DNA of 64,000 nt from Saccostrea cucullata (taxonomy: Eukaryota): contig NW_026928438.1 in NCBI RefSeq assembly GCF_032062105.1, forward strand, positions 186,001-250,000, written 5' to 3'. Within the stretch, counting starts at the first letter, position 1. Every line of letters begins with the position of its first letter. The notes below the pieces were generated by a model. That model was not told the DNA's origin. It did no database searches and saw only the letters and a program-made list of their open reading frames with translations. This document shows positions 63,701 through 64,000 of the stretch, in pieces. The translations under genes and the position numbers were made by a program.

Positions 63701-64000
63701 CTTGTTTCATATTTTTTTGGCAACAGTATGAAAATGGACGACTACAATGAAACACTGATAATTGAGGACAAAGATACTGCAACATCTGCCTTGAAAACTC
63801 GGGGATGCAGGAGGCTTTCCTCCAATGACGTAGCAAAAGACTTATTAAAGGACAAAGATCTAAAGAAATCTCTATGGGATGTTTTTGCTGGAAATAGAGG
63901 AAGATGCGAGGGTTCTAACTGAAAGGAAGTTACCTAAGTAATACTTCCTATGAAGGTTTGGCTGAGTTTGAGTGGTTTGGTGTCTTGAAAGAAATGTTGC
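60759..64000 (+). pseudogene. Probable degenerate multi-exon Academ-like transposase, running off the window
   Basis: TAGCCTG.. terminus-like sequence; AACATGGCGGATTACATG|GTGAGT first exon; exon-like 61507-61590; 63727-64000 reads, with frameshifts, KDLLKDKDLKKSLWDVF / LLEIEEDARVL / SYLSNTSYEGLAEFEWFGVLKEML. Confidence 0.4.
63456..63524 (+). ncRNA. tRNA-like cloverleaf (pseudo-tRNA or SINE head)
   Basis: Acceptor ACCTGGG/CCTGGGT, D stem GCTT/AAGC, anticodon stem CTCAT/ATGAG with a 6-nt loop, T arm TTGGG-TTCAAGT-CCTAA; A- and B-box-like sequences. Confidence 0.5.

Overview
AT-rich eukaryotic genomic DNA that is mostly transposon-derived. It is most likely from a bivalve such as an oyster, inferred from the CvA/pearl-type Helentron-like elements and the SINE and Penelope fragments. 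The dominant structure is two giant, almost perfect palindromes joined back to back (A-A'-B'-B, 27809-54888, about 27 kb). Palindrome 1 has ~6.9 kb arms and a 12-bp spacer at 34740-34751. Palindrome 2 has ~6.5 kb arms and a 156-bp spacer at 48212-48367. The two share a single base at 41685. Palindrome 1 starts inside a full-length L1/Tx1-type LINE (23621-29301; ORF1, ORF2, poly-A, 14-bp TSD), so the LINE's 3' end is also present in antisense downstream, an architecture reminiscent of maize Mu killer. The only host-like gene is a hidden 3-exon secreted cysteine-rich peptide gene (14411-16706), interrupted by an RTE fragment and three in-frame stops. The rest consists of a hAT transposase remnant, RTE and Penelope-like remnants, many MITEs (hAT with 5-bp TSD, Mutator-like, EnSpm-like, Tc1/mariner-like, hairpin elements), a tRNA-like cloverleaf and a probable Academ-like transposase remnant at the right edge. 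An assembly artefact cannot be excluded for the palindromes. All comparisons were made by eye.
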